The position numbers and the translations under genes are program-made. A DNA stretch of 64,000 nucleotides from Rebecca billardiae RCC1528. Lineage: Eukaryota; Protista; Haptophyta. Numbering within the stretch: position 1 is the stretch's first letter; the number at the start of each line of letters is the position of its first letter. The stretch covers positions 1,264,398 through 1,328,397 of the forward strand of contig OZ251246.1 in assembly GCA_965240325.2 (NCBI GenBank), given 5' to 3'. This document shows positions 59,625 through 64,000 of the stretch, piece after piece. The notes under the pieces were generated by a model, which had not been told where the DNA came from, did no database searches, and saw only the letters and a list, made by a program, of their open reading frames with translations.

Positions 59625-60780
59625 TCAGCCTTGGGCTCGCCGCGGCCAATATTCACAATTTCGAATTTCGATGGAAATCCTATCGTCCTGCTCCTGCGGA
59701 TTTCCAATTTTGGTGTTGCCGAATTCCTTTTTTTTCGTCGGCGAATGGCGGCGGCGATGGCGGGCGGCGATGGCGTGGCCCGGGGCGTCGCCCCCCGCCC
59801 GCCCGCTGCCCTCACCGCCGCTGCCGCCCTCTCTGCCTCCGATCACAGAGATGTGGTACAGCTTGGCGGTCTCGTCGCGATCGAGCTCGGCCCGCCATTC
59901 CCACCTGCACGTGACGACGACCACTTTGCCGCCGAGGGCCGCCCTGTGCGCGCGGGTCAGCGCCCCACCTGCGGCCAGCTCGCGCGCAACTTGGCGCGCT
60001 GCGGGCGTCGTGCTGCACCGCAGCATGTGCGACACGCACGCAGGCTGGCTGCCTCCTGCGAGCACAACGTTCGGCTTGGTCGAGGCCGCGGCGGCGCCGA
60101 TCCCCGCCACCAGAGACCCGGGCCCATCGCCAGAGCCGGCCAGAGGCCCAGCCACCTGCTGCTGGCCAGGCGCGGTCGGCTGCGACTGCGTCACCGAGCT
60201 CGTGCCCGGGCCATCGGTGCGCGGGTGGTCCAGTGTCCGCGCCGCCAGCTGCAGCTCGGCGCGCGCGTTGGTTGACGCCAGCTCCGTCAGCGGGCCGCCG
60301 CTGCGCATCGCGTGAGCCTTGATCACGCAGAGAGCGGTGTCGGCCGCGTGCACACCCTCCAGTGCGGTCACCTTTGCAAGGCAGACAGCCAGCGACAGGA
60401 CGTGTGTCGGCTGCGAGATCGGCATCTCTCCCCCGCGCGGTTTGAAGAGCCGCAGCAGTGTGCTCTCGAGCGCTCCAGCAGCGTGCATCGCGTCGCGCAG
60501 CCGGTCCCACTTCGCCTCGCCGCGCGTTCGCAACTGCCACCGCTCGTCGGCACTCGTCACATGAAGGCGCGAGGCGCCCGCCGGGCTCTCCGCCTGGTAC
60601 ACGGTGACGAAGCCAGCGCACGCGCGGACGAACTGCACCTCCGACTCGACGGCGGCGAGCGCTTGCGCCCCCGCGTGCGCTCACGCCTCGTTCATCCTGG
60701 CGGTCAGCGCCGTCTGCTCGCGCGACGGCGCGCGCTGGGCCGCTGCCGGCGGTGGGTTCTGCAGGCGTGCGGCGATGAGG
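59625..60780 (-). pseudogene. Possible decayed subtelomeric ORF of unknown function
   Basis: 337-aa protein-like frame preceded by an in-frame TGA (~60681) and an upstream ATG (RMNEA*); no recognisable domain. Confidence 0.3.
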
Positions 60781-61324
60781 CCTTTTCCCCACTCGAGTGG
60801 AAGTTTCGTCCGAGCACGCCCGTCATAGTAATCAGGAGAGCTGCGCCCTCGTGCCTGTGTCTTGGAATCATAGTAGAATGAGTAAGGGCCCGGGAATCCG
60901 AACCGTGCTTATCGCCCCGCCGGCGAAGCTGCCAGTAGGTCTGATCCCAATTGCGGCGCGTCGAGGTGGTGACCGCATAGCGCGGGTCTCGTTGTGATTA
61001 GAAGACGGCGACGAGGAGATACTACGTCTTGAATCCGGACACCGCCTGGGACATAAATACGCGGATGACCTGCGCTGCGTTATTCGTCAGATTATTCGTC
61101 AACGCCCTCATCACAGCCATCACCATAAGCAGCTGTGCGTCGGCGACGGCTTGATCGGCGGATGGATCAGTGCGGATGGTACTCATGCATTGGTAGTCTC
61201 AGTACTCATGTCAACCGTCTCGAGATGATGAATAACGATACTATGCCGAGGACATATCATCATCAGCATCAAAATACCAGCCCGGCTGCTGGGCTGCTCT
61301 GATTCGTCCAGATACAATCGTGAT

Positions 61325-64000
<2,676 letters not shown>

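Noticed and set aside
57977-61324. Telomere-targeted retrotransposon (Athena/Penelope- or TRAS/SART-like)
   Set aside because: No reverse transcriptase motifs or poly(A) tail, and the internal telomeric tracts are in the opposite orientation to that expected from G-overhang priming.

Overview
Right end of a very GC-rich eukaryotic chromosome. The GC content, GC-rich GT..GCAG introns and TTAGGG telomere suggest a haptophyte alga such as Pavlovales/Diacronema; this assignment is inference only. From left to right: (1) A compact gene block, 1-30 kb: KRE6/SKN1-type GH16 beta-glucan protein (minus, 2 introns, runs off the left edge), coiled-coil/YfaP(DUF2135)-like protein, sulfotransferase-like protein, FNR-like oxidoreductase, tandem cold-shock-domain protein, TSNAXIP1-like/EF-hand protein, a 1946-aa extensin-like membrane protein, a frameshifted DapF homologue with altered binding residues, and a hypothetical protein. 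(2) Within that block: two non-autonomous TIR transposons in one divergent promoter, a small foldback element, and an AT-richer island (10.1-14.7 kb) of three unrelated tandem repeats bracketed by a degenerate inverted duplication. (3) A 3.5-kb CACAG-terminated TIR element with decayed cargo, whose right TIR is the exact start of (4) a 23-kb array of ~200-bp satellite monomers with a layered A-B-A structure and 2001/2400-bp higher-order repeats. (5) A 4.6-kb subtelomeric segment with two co-varying hairpin modules, each followed by inverted (CCCTAA-type) telomeric sequence, plus a TGTACA minisatellite and a decayed ORF. (6) About 2.7 kb of (TTAGGG)n telomere. Most ORFs in the supplied track are GC-shadow or repeat artefacts.
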